Below, piece by piece: positions 6,931 through 14,670 of a DNA stretch of 32,000 nucleotides (position 1 is its first letter; the number at the start of each line of letters is the position of its first letter). The translations under genes were made by a program, and so were the position numbers. Below the pieces are notes generated by a model that was given only the letters and a program-made list of their open reading frames with translations, was not told where the DNA came from and ran no database searches. Source of the stretch: Candidatus Methylomirabilis oxygeniifera (lineage in GTDB: Bacteria > Methylomirabilota > Methylomirabilia > Methylomirabilales > Methylomirabilaceae). Location of the stretch: contig FP565575.1 of the NCBI GenBank assembly GCA_000091165.1, forward strand, positions 270,001 to 302,000, read 5' to 3'.

Positions 6931-8889
6931 GTGTCTGATCGTCTGTTGTCATTCCGATCGCACCCGGTGGCGGTCTGTCTGGCGATCGTGGGGCTGGCCG
7001 GACTTCTGTACGCCGGTTCGCTGCTCAACGGCTTTGCCTTCGACGACCATCTCCTGGTCGAGACCAATCTCCAGTTTCGCTCGATCGAGGGGCTTACGCA
7101 GTTATTCAGGTCCGGCGGGTGGCTGACGTATCGCCCAATCCGCACCGCCTCGTACGCGATCGACTATGCCCTGTTCGGGCTCAATCCCTCCGGTTTCCGG
7201 GCGTTCAACATCCTCTACCACGCCCTGAACGGGGTCCTGGTCTTCACCGTGCTGCGGACGATCCTGGGGGTGACCCGCCCCGCCTTTCTCACGGCGCTGC
7301 TCTTCATCGTCCATCCTGTCCAGACCGAGTCGGTCGCCTACATATCCGGCCGGCGGGACATCCTGTTCACCCTGTTCTATCTGACAGGGTTCTATGGATT
7401 CGTCCGATACCGGGCGACCGGCAGGGGACGGTGGCTGTACCTGACGGGGATCTCGTACTATCTCGGCCTTCTTTCGAAGGAGATGGCGATTACCCTCCCG
7501 CTCCTCTGTCTTGCGTACGATCTGGTCCGTTCGATGCCCGAGGGCGGGGAGGGAGACCGGCGATCGTGGCGGGCCCTCAGGGAGGCGGGGCTGCGGCTCT
7601 GGCGGGATCATCGTCGTCTGTACCTGGTCATCGGGGCGATCTTTTCCGCGACGGCCTATTACTTTGTGGCGCTCTTTCGCGTCACGCAACGGTTTGATCT
7701 GTGGGGCGACGGACTGTGGCCGACCGTGCTGACCAGCGTCACGATCATGGGCCACTATCTGACACTGCTGCTCTGGCCCGTGACCCTGAACGTGGATTAC
7801 TCGTTCAACGCCTTTCCGGTGCCGGAGACCCTCCTGGACGGCCGGGTCCTGATGGCGATTGCCGCGGTGGGCGGGAGCTGGTGGGCGATCTGGAGGGGCC
7901 TGGCGAACCATCGGTGGGCGGCATTCGGGGGTCTCTGGTTCTTTACGACACTGCTGCCGGTCGCCCAGATCATCCCCCATGATGAGATCGTGGCCGAGCA
8001 CTATCTGTACCTGCCGTCGATCGGCGTCTGTCTGGCAGCCGCCATGCTGGCGGAGGGGCTGCCAGAGCGTATCCGGCAGCGCCGGGCTGTCACGGCAGTC
8101 TTCGGGCTCGTGGTGGTTCTGCTCGGATTCAGGACGGTCATCCGCACCCGCGATTGGAAGGACGACCTGACACTTTGGACCAGGACGGTCGAGACCGCCC
8201 CGGCATCCGCGAGGGCGCGCCGAAACCTGGGTCGGCTGTATATGATTCGGGGGCGTCATCAGGAGGCCGCCCAGGAGTTCCGGGAGGCCCTCCGGATCGC
8301 GCCGAACGATGCGCCGACCTGGAACAACCTGGGCGCGATGCTGCTTGAGCTGGGGAACCTCGACGGGGCGGAACAGGCCTTCACCGGAGCGCTTCGCCTG
8401 AACACCCTGCCGCTTGATGTCAGGATCAACCTGGGAATCGTCTCCCTCAGGCGCGGGCGGACGGCGCAGGCCGAGGCGTACTTTCTCGCGGCCCTGGCGT
8501 CGTCGCAACTGCCGCCGTCGCAGCGGGCGCAGGCGCTGAACAACCTGGGCATGGTGCGCGCCACGCAGGGGCGGTCGGCTGAGGCCGAGCAGGCCTTCAA
8601 AGAGGCGGTCGCGCTTGCGCCCGGCGATGCCGATGCCAGGCGAAACCTGGGATTGGCCTATCTCGAGAAAGGGCAGATGCAAGCGGGGATTGCGGAGCTG
8701 GAGGAGGCCGTCCGGTATAAGGCCGCAGACCCGACGCTTCATCACCTGCTTGGGGAGGTCTATCATATGCAGGGGCAGCAGGATCGGGCCGTGGCCTCTC
8801 TGAGAAAGGCGCTGAGCCTGAAGGGCGACCTGGCGGAGGCGCGAGAGTTGCTGGATTCGATTCTCCGCTCTTCCCCAACGACTCCATGA
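6931..8889 (+). CDS. PMT/TMTC-like GT-C membrane glycosyltransferase fused to C-terminal TPR repeats
   Basis: The N-terminal 420 aa or so are polytopic, with loop-1 motif GFAFDDHLLVETN followed by YRPIRTASYAIDYALFGLNPSGFRAFNILYHALNG. The C-terminal 230 aa or so carry several TPR units (...ARRNLGRLYMIRGRHQEAAQEFREALRIAPND...). The start is GTG 6931, with no clear SD. Confidence 0.75.
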   Translation: MSDRLLSFRSHPVAVCLAIVGLAGLLYAGSLLNGFAFDDHLLVETNLQFRSIEGLTQLFRSGGWLTYRPIRTASYAIDYALFGLNPSGFRAFNILYHALNGVLVFTVLRTILGVTRPAFLTALLFIVHPVQTESVAYISGRRDILFTLFYLTGFYGFVRYRATGRGRWLYLTGISYYLGLLSKEMAITLPLLCLAYDLVRSMPEGGEGDRRSWRALREAGLRLWRDHRRLYLVIGAIFSATAYYFVALFRVTQRFDLWGDGLWPTVLTSVTIMGHYLTLLLWPVTLNVDYSFNAFPVPETLLDGRVLMAIAAVGGSWWAIWRGLANHRWAAFGGLWFFTTLLPVAQIIPHDEIVAEHYLYLPSIGVCLAAAMLAEGLPERIRQRRAVTAVFGLVVVLLGFRTVIRTRDWKDDLTLWTRTVETAPASARARRNLGRLYMIRGRHQEAAQEFREALRIAPNDAPTWNNLGAMLLELGNLDGAEQAFTGALRLNTLPLDVRINLGIVSLRRGRTAQAEAYFLAALASSQLPPSQRAQALNNLGMVRATQGRSAEAEQAFKEAVALAPGDADARRNLGLAYLEKGQMQAGIAELEEAVRYKAADPTLHHLLGEVYHMQGQQDRAVASLRKALSLKGDLAEARELLDSILRSSPTTP

Positions 8890-8903
8890 CATCGACTTTG
8901 CTG

Positions 8904-8933
8904 TTGACAGTCTGATAGAGGTCGTGGTATCTG
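8904..8933 (+). promoter_or_regulatory. candidate sigma70 promoter (TTGACA-18-TATCTG with upstream TG)
   Basis: Perfect -35 at 8904-8909, and tgGTATCTG at 8925-8933, upstream of the TPR gene. Confidence 0.25.
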
Positions 8934-9059
8934 CCGATCCGAGATGCGTGGCGACCGGCGGTGTTGCGCGCAGGCCGTCAGGCTGCGAACACCGTTCGGT
9001 ACGGTGAAAGTCTTCCGGCGGTCAGCACCGGCGGCTCGTATATCATGGAGACGGTGTAG

Positions 9060-9815
9060 ATGACGGACGGTAACAAGCTTCCATCCTGGAGTCAGATTCT
9101 GCTCGCGGGTGTCCTGGTTGCCCTGGTCGGAGGGGCCTTCTGGCTGAAGAGCAGGCCGACGATGCCGATCGGCGCGACCGCAGGCCTTGAATCGGTCTCA
9201 TCCATTCTTGAGCAGGGCATTCAGGCCCACAATGCCCGGCAGTACGAGCAGGCAGTGGAGTGGTACCATCGCGTGCTGGCGCAGGACCCCGGACACCCTG
9301 TCGCCCATTACAACCTGGGACAGATCTATACCGTCCAGGGACAGCCGGCCAAGGCCCAGTGGGAATACGAGGCGGTGCTGAGGGCCGATCCGCGCCATCT
9401 GGATGCATGGATCAATCTCGGGGTTGCGCTCTATCGGCAGCGCAAGTTTCAAGAGGCGGCGGAGGCATCCCGCCAAGCCCTGACACTCTCACCCCGTCAC
9501 CCGATGGCGCTCTTCAACTTGGGGGTGACGCTACTCGAAATGGACCGGCCGGATCAGGCGATTACGTGGCTGACAGCCGCATTGCAGGAAGACCAGAAGC
9601 GCGCCGATACCCACTACTATCTGGGACACGCCTACCTGAAGCAGCAACGTGTCGCCGAGGCCAGGCGATCACTGGAGAAGGCGATAGCGCTGAATCCGGA
9701 TCTGCAGATGGCCCATCTCACCCTCGCCAAGCTGGCTCGCCAACAGGGCGACTCAAAGGGCGTCCAGGAGGCGCTGAAAGGCGTGACGGGCCTCCTCCCC
9801 GGTCAGAAGCGGTAG
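9060..9815 (+). CDS. membrane-anchored TPR repeat protein
   Basis: N-terminal TM segment WSQILLAGVLVALVGGAFWL, then repeated TPR units (YEQAVEWYHRVLAQDPGHPVAHYNLGQIY..., AKAQWEYEAVLRADPRHLDAWINLGVALY...). Confidence 0.85.
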   Translation: MTDGNKLPSWSQILLAGVLVALVGGAFWLKSRPTMPIGATAGLESVSSILEQGIQAHNARQYEQAVEWYHRVLAQDPGHPVAHYNLGQIYTVQGQPAKAQWEYEAVLRADPRHLDAWINLGVALYRQRKFQEAAEASRQALTLSPRHPMALFNLGVTLLEMDRPDQAITWLTAALQEDQKRADTHYYLGHAYLKQQRVAEARRSLEKAIALNPDLQMAHLTLAKLARQQGDSKGVQEALKGVTGLLPGQKR

Positions 9816-9841
9816 GAAATCACTGCTGTCAAAACCCTGTC

Positions 9842-9926
9842 AAAACCCCCTTCATCCCCCTTTCTCAAAGGGGGAAATATGGTGAATACCCCTCTTTGGA
9901 AAAGAGGGGCGAGGGGAGATTTGAAT
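9842..9926 (+). repeat. G/C-run palindromic repeat family, copy 3 (two hairpin modules plus GGGGAGATTTGAA end)
   Basis: AAAACCCCC-ttcat-CCCCCTTT-ctc-AAAGGGGG at 9842-9874. A second perfect 9-bp hairpin, CCCCTCTTT-gga-AAAGAGGGG, is at 9889-9909. The end cgaGGGGAGATTTGAA matches the end of the ispA copy. Confidence 0.8.
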
Positions 9927-9931
9927 GATCT

Positions 9932-9965
9932 GAAAACCCCCTCAATCCCCCTTTTTCAAAGGGGG
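9932..9965 (+). repeat. G/C-run palindromic repeat family, copy 4
   Basis: GAAAACCCCC-tcaat-CCCCCTTT-ttc-AAAGGGGG. Confidence 0.85.
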
Positions 9966-10050
9966 AGGTTGCTTGAGATGTTATGCAAGAGTGCCATCTA
10001 TTGAGTGCTCCCCTTAATATGTCGGACACGTATGAGGAAGGGTTGGATCG

Positions 10051-11019
10051 CTACCGATGGGTATCGGTCTGGAGGGGTCGTGTGGGCGCCTGTTGCACAT
10101 CCAGGACCAGGGCCTGCAGCAGGAGTTGGAAGCCGATAATCAGCGGCAGCACCGATAGCATGACCGTGCCGGTCGGCGTGAGGGCCCCCTCCATGGCGCT
10201 CCTGATCCAGTGGTAGGCGCCGAACGCGATGCCGAAGGTCGTGAGCGGAACGCCGCAGAGCAGGAAGAGCGAGACCGCATTGAAATCCGCAATGAAGTAG
10301 CGCCACAGTACCCGTCGGACGCCGTCGCGCAGACACAGCCACGGGAAGACCAGCAAGGTGTGGCCGATGCTCAGATGGCTCCGCTCGCTGCCGTAACGCG
10401 CGGGGATGGCGATATCCCCGACAACCGCCCCGAGGGCGCCCAGCATGATCAGGATCGAGCTCTCGAAGAAGTAGCGCGGGTGAAGCCGCTTCAGATCGAG
10501 CATCTCCAGGACGGCGCGGTGGATCGCGGTGTAACCGTTGGTGGGATCGAAGATGTGCCACTGACCGCTGGCCGCCTTGATCAGGAAGGAGAGCCCGGCA
10601 TTGCCGACCTTTCGCAGGAACGGCATCCGCCGAAGCGCCGTCGCGTCGTGGAAGCGGTTGCCTTTGACATAGTCGGCCCGCCGCTCCAGGAGCGGCCGGA
10701 TCAGGTCGGTGAGATACGCCGGGTCCATCTGGTCGTCGGCGTCCATCTTGACGCAAATGTCGATCCCATGTCGGAGCGCCTCACTGTATCCCGTCACCAT
10801 CGCCGCGCCGACGCCCCGATTCACCGGATGGCTCAGGAGCGCAACCCGCGGGTCGCGGCGTGCCTGGACCAGGGCCGACGTCCCGTCGCCGCTGCCGTCG
10901 TCCACGACGTAGACGGCATCAACCCACTCCGGGATGCCGTTCAACACCTGCTCGATGGTGTCGCGGGCATGGTAGGCGGGGATGATGACGGCGACCCGCA
11001 GCCCTTCAGTTGTTGCCAC
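10051..11019 (-). CDS. GT2 polyprenyl-phosphate sugar synthase-like glycosyltransferase with two C-terminal TM helices (GtrB/CsbB/Dpm1-like)
   Basis: LRVAVIIPAYHARDTIEQVL...VYVVDDGSGDGT...NRGVGAAMVTGY...KMDADDQMDP, plus a C-terminal TM pair ending ...LPLIIGFQLLLQALVLDV. I prefer GTG 11019, 5 nt after the upstream TAA. The track start 11151 would overlap the upstream gene by 127 nt. Confidence 0.8.
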   Translation of the reverse strand: MATTEGLRVAVIIPAYHARDTIEQVLNGIPEWVDAVYVVDDGSGDGTSALVQARRDPRVALLSHPVNRGVGAAMVTGYSEALRHGIDICVKMDADDQMDPAYLTDLIRPLLERRADYVKGNRFHDATALRRMPFLRKVGNAGLSFLIKAASGQWHIFDPTNGYTAIHRAVLEMLDLKRLHPRYFFESSILIMLGALGAVVGDIAIPARYGSERSHLSIGHTLLVFPWLCLRDGVRRVLWRYFIADFNAVSLFLLCGVPLTTFGIAFGAYHWIRSAMEGALTPTGTVMLSVLPLIIGFQLLLQALVLDVQQAPTRPLQTDTHR

Positions 11020-11024
11020 GCGCG

Positions 11025-13241
11025 TTACCCCTGACCGGCAGACCTGGACGGGCCGGCCATGCGCGCGTCCAGTCCGGCGAATCGAGATCCGACAAGAACG
11101 GTCAGCAGCAAGGTCACCGCTCCCAGCCAGAGCAGTCCGGTCTTGTACCATGGCGGTCGGTAGATTGCCGTGAGGCGATGCGGACCTGCCGACACCTCGA
11201 CCCCGATGAAGCTCGGTGACACCATGAACGGGCGCGCGTCGCGTCCATCAATGGTGACGTGCCAGTTCGGATGGTAGGTCGTCTTGATGGCGATGGTCGC
11301 GGCGTGGGCGCACTCCACCTGCAGATCGAGCCTGCCGGGCAGGATCTGCTCCTCTGTGATTCTCCCGCCGTCCGGGCATCCCGGGCCGGACGCGTCGAAG
11401 TATCCCTCGTCTGGTGAGGGGTACTCGTATCGAATGAACCGCCCGGCCGCAGGATCAGGGCCCTCGAGCCACCGGCGATTCTCGTCGAGCAGGGTCGCCT
11501 GAGAATCGGTGCGAATCCCCCTGACGATATTGACAAACCCGGCGTATCCATCGGTCTTTGCCTCGTAGAGCGTGTAACGGCCGGTCCTTTCCAGCGGTCG
11601 CAGGAACTCCGGCATGGCGAGACCGGCCGGTGCGACCACGTAGCGCGCATTAAAGACATTGTAGTGGGCCGGATCGCGATCGTCAAAATGCCAGATCATG
11701 TCGGAGTTGAGGGAGAAACCCGAATACGGGGGCGATACCGCGGGGATCCGGTAAAAGGTCAGCAGGTCGTAGAAGTGCAGGTCTCCAAACTGTACCGTCT
11801 TCCCCCAGTTGGCCCGCAGGCCGACATAGGTTCGTCCTGGCGGCAGATCTTTGAGCGCCGCTAAGATCGTTCTGGCGTCGGCGTCGGCGTCGACGGCACG
11901 CTGTGTACGTTCCATCCACTGTGCATTCAGCGCGTAAAAGTGTCGTCTCTCTGCTAACGGCGGGATCAACAGAACGACAACGGCACATACGCCGACGGCC
12001 CCGCGCCAACGGGTGACGGCAGGGCTGAGCAGATGCCACAACCACTCTCCTCCCAGTCCGATCAGCATGATCGCCCCGATATTCACGCCGCCGATGAAGC
12101 GATGATACAGCATGCCTTTATGCATGGGGATGAGGTCGGCCAGCGCTCCCCACGTGACCCGTCCAAAAAACAGCAACAGCCACATCCCGAAGATCGACAG
12201 GCCGAGCGCTCCGTGCCGGCCTCGACGCGCGACGGCGGAGGCGATTCCAAGCGCCAGGAGCGCCGTCAGGACCGGAAGGCGGTCGAAATCCAGCAGGTCC
12301 CCGTTGATCAACCAGCCCAGAATGGCGTGAGCCCCGAAGGAGTCGTACTTCCAACGCTGAAGGTACGGGCTGAAACCCAGGAACGGATTGAACAGTACGA
12401 AGGGGAGCCAGAAGTACGACGTGATGACGGCCGAGACTCCCGCGACGATCAGTAATCGCATGATGCGCAATCGGACGTTGTCCCGCCGTATGCCGACCAG
12501 AAGGGAGGCGACCATCGTCAGCCCCATGATAAAGCTATACAGCAGATGCGATAGAACCAGTGTGGATGCGGCAACGATCGCACCGAGGTAGCCTTGACCC
12601 GTTCTCATAACATGGATCAGACAACCGAGGCTCAGAAACGACAGATGCATCGCCCACAGTTGACTGTACATCCCGAAGCCGCGCCAGATGTAGCTGTCAT
12701 ATTCGAACCCGTAATGATGATCGGCTGAGATCAATGTGGCGCTTGCTGCGGCGACCCCTGCTGCGATCGACGAGAATCCGATCCGACGCATCGACCAGTA
12801 GACGGACAGCGGAAACCCGACCAGGAGCAGATATCGGATGAGATTGAAAAGAGTCAGCAGTTCGAATTGCCCCAGGAGGATGCGGTGCAGCAGCACGACG
12901 GTCAGATGCGGCAGATGCTGATAGGTGCTGGCAATCGGGAACCCAAGCTCAAGCTCAGGGTTCCAGTGATCGATGAGATTGTCCCCCGTCGCCCACGCCC
13001 GGCTGATACCTTGAATGAGCAGAAAATGCACGGCATTATCGTTCAGGCTGGGGATTGGGCGCGAGAGCTCAGGCAGCAGTGTCACGGCATTGAAGAGGAT
13101 TGGGATCAGCAGAAGAAGGACCACGACGCAAGAGCTGTTGTAGGTGACAGCATCGTTGGAAACACGACAGTCAATCCGGTCCGATATAAAAGCGCGGCGT
13201 ATGCTCATTGTCATATACAAAGAATCAGGTCTTGCATTCAC
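11025..13241 (-). CDS. large polytopic membrane protein, YfhO-like / GT-C-fold glycosyltransferase-like (second copy of this architecture)
   Basis: About 450 aa of TM segments are followed by a soluble domain and a terminal TM. The C-terminal signature ...IAIKTTYHPNWHVTIDGRDARPFMVSPSFIGVEVSAGPHRLTAIYRPPWYKTGLLWLGAVTLLL is strongly YfhO-like. The start may be GTG 13241, ATG 13214 or ATG 13208. Confidence 0.65.
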   Translation of the reverse strand: MNARPDSLYMTMSIRRAFISDRIDCRVSNDAVTYNSSCVVVLLLLIPILFNAVTLLPELSRPIPSLNDNAVHFLLIQGISRAWATGDNLIDHWNPELELGFPIASTYQHLPHLTVVLLHRILLGQFELLTLFNLIRYLLLVGFPLSVYWSMRRIGFSSIAAGVAAASATLISADHHYGFEYDSYIWRGFGMYSQLWAMHLSFLSLGCLIHVMRTGQGYLGAIVAASTLVLSHLLYSFIMGLTMVASLLVGIRRDNVRLRIMRLLIVAGVSAVITSYFWLPFVLFNPFLGFSPYLQRWKYDSFGAHAILGWLINGDLLDFDRLPVLTALLALGIASAVARRGRHGALGLSIFGMWLLLFFGRVTWGALADLIPMHKGMLYHRFIGGVNIGAIMLIGLGGEWLWHLLSPAVTRWRGAVGVCAVVVLLIPPLAERRHFYALNAQWMERTQRAVDADADARTILAALKDLPPGRTYVGLRANWGKTVQFGDLHFYDLLTFYRIPAVSPPYSGFSLNSDMIWHFDDRDPAHYNVFNARYVVAPAGLAMPEFLRPLERTGRYTLYEAKTDGYAGFVNIVRGIRTDSQATLLDENRRWLEGPDPAAGRFIRYEYPSPDEGYFDASGPGCPDGGRITEEQILPGRLDLQVECAHAATIAIKTTYHPNWHVTIDGRDARPFMVSPSFIGVEVSAGPHRLTAIYRPPWYKTGLLWLGAVTLLLTVLVGSRFAGLDARMAGPSRSAGQG

Positions 13242-13514
13242 ACATAGTCCCGACTAGATTATTGTATACGAACCTGTCCTGTAAACTCTTATTTACGCTT
13301 TGACAGGCTCAGGGTGAACGATATGGGTATCGAACGCAGGAATATCGGTCCGTTCGCGCCGGGTCCGCTGAAGCCGTTGTGAGTAAGGGCGAACCGCACG
13401 AGCAGGGGTGTGCAGGACAGGCGCATAGGTTTCGCCCATTGCGTATCGAAGCTTATGTCCGGGGTATGCGCCACCTCAATGGAGTCTCTAGCCGTGTGGG
13501 CTCCGACAAATCGC

Positions 13515-13543
13515 TTGACAAGGTTTTTGATCGTGCCTACAGT
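13515..13543 (+). promoter_or_regulatory. candidate sigma70 promoter (TTGACA-17-TACAGT)
   Basis: Perfect -35 at 13515-13520, a 17-nt spacer, and -10 TACAGT at 13538-13543. It lies about 80 nt upstream of ATG 13626. Confidence 0.45.
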
Positions 13544-13625
13544 ACGAGGGATTTCGCAGCATTCGCGGAACCAGGGTGTCTGTTAACCGCGTGACACGCC
13601 CTACATGATAGGGGAGGAGGTGGCT

Positions 13626-14576
13626 ATGAGATCGACCGTCCGAACTGTTCTGATCTGTTTGGTGGTGAGCCTTGGCGTCATCGTGAGCGCCGAGAAGAGC
13701 TGGGCCGGATTTGTGTCCGGGGGGTCCCGACTCATCTATTACTACAGTCAGCGTTCCCTCGTGAACCCGGGGGCCGGGAGCGGCACGGGTGCTACGATCC
13801 TGGCCGTGAAGAACAATTCGAGCGATGCAACCAAGGTGCAGATGAAGATCTTCAACGGCTCGACCTGCGCCGGCTTTGGTCCGGTGACCTTCGATCTGCC
13901 CGGAAATCAGAGCCTTCGGATCAATGTCTCGGATCATGTCTCGGCGACCCCGTTCCCGGAAGGGTGGGTGGATCTGTATGCGGTCAATTCGGGAGGCACG
14001 CCGATCCGATGGGATTACCTGACCGGGAAGTTCACGGTACTCGATTTTGGAGGGTCCTCCACGACTGTGGCGATCTCTCAGGCGGCCGCCATGTTCTCCG
14101 ACGCGAATCGGTCGAGCGACCCTCAGGGCGGGGTCATCGCCGATAACACCGACGCGCGGACGTGGGCGCCGCACCTTCAATCCGTCGACTTTTGGGCCAC
14201 AGGGGGGCCGTTTAACATCAGCGATCGTCTGGTGGTGGTTCCGGTCTCCAGTGTGCCTGGGACGGCCCCGGTCGCCTCTACCAGCGGGATCGGTCTCTCC
14301 TTCAAGACCTTGGCGGGTGCGGAGACACTGAATACGAGCGCCACCACTTCCTGCATGCTGGCCTCGTCTCTCCCGAGCCTTCACCCGGGTTTCTCCGCCT
14401 CCTACCCGAATGGCGCCACCGTGACGGATGGGGGCACTCTCAATCTCGTCGCTGACTCCTCCGGCACCAATAAAGGCAATGCCGGGTGGCTGTTCGAGAT
14501 GGCGACGTCCCCGCTGCTTCTGGGTGTGCATCCGATACAAGCATGGGCGGAGTTGGCGGTGGACGGTCACGAGTAG
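13626..14576 (+). CDS. secreted protein of unknown function (orphan), immediately upstream of the exosortase-family gene
   Basis: ATG 13626 follows GGGGAGGAGG (13611-13620). The signal peptide is MRSTVRTVLICLVVSLGVIVSAEKSWA. Third-position GC is high in this frame. I recognise no family and see no C-terminal TM sorting tail. Confidence 0.8.
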   Translation: MRSTVRTVLICLVVSLGVIVSAEKSWAGFVSGGSRLIYYYSQRSLVNPGAGSGTGATILAVKNNSSDATKVQMKIFNGSTCAGFGPVTFDLPGNQSLRINVSDHVSATPFPEGWVDLYAVNSGGTPIRWDYLTGKFTVLDFGGSSTTVAISQAAAMFSDANRSSDPQGGVIADNTDARTWAPHLQSVDFWATGGPFNISDRLVVVPVSSVPGTAPVASTSGIGLSFKTLAGAETLNTSATTSCMLASSLPSLHPGFSASYPNGATVTDGGTLNLVADSSGTNKGNAGWLFEMATSPLLLGVHPIQAWAELAVDGHE

Positions 14577-14631
14577 TCGTATCGGGCGCTCCGGATTGTC
14601 CGCTCGTCCTCACACACCTGCAACTCGCGAA

Positions 14632-14670
14632 CGCCTTCCCAATGGGCTGTGGAAGCCCATTGGGAAGGCG
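14632..14670 (+). other. perfect 17-bp inverted repeat (hairpin, 5-nt loop) between the orphan secreted-protein gene and the exosortase gene
   Basis: CGCCTTCCCAATGGGCT-gtgga-AGCCCATTGGGAAGGCG. There is no clean T-run after it. The right arm contains the SD-like GGGAAGG just before TTG 14671. Confidence 0.9.

Noticed and set aside
7102-8892. 596-aa ORF on the minus strand spanning almost the whole TMTC-like gene
   Set aside because: It is antisense to a gene with clear TM, DD and TPR motifs. Its translation is Arg/Pro/Gly/Gln-rich with no motifs, typical of stop-poor antisense frames in high-GC DNA.
8890-9059. Cobalamin riboswitch, prompted by CGGTGAAAGTC resembling the GGTGAAAATCC core, with a B12-dependent enzyme in the window
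   Set aside because: There is no B12 box (GCCACTG) and no AGGGAA element. The region precedes a TPR gene rather than the radical SAM gene, and the 15646-15779 gap before the radical SAM gene also lacks these motifs.
13488-14570. 360-aa minus-strand ORF opposite the orphan secreted-protein gene
   Set aside because: Its composition is Arg/Gly/His/Pro-rich, with no SD or signal features. The plus-strand frame has a strong SD, a signal peptide and GC3 bias.
14428-14670. Track start (14428) for the exosortase-family ORF, giving a 405-aa protein
   Set aside because: It would overlap the upstream gene by 149 nt. The extra 80 aa are Arg/Ser/Trp-rich and not membrane-like, and the segment contains the 17-bp hairpin.
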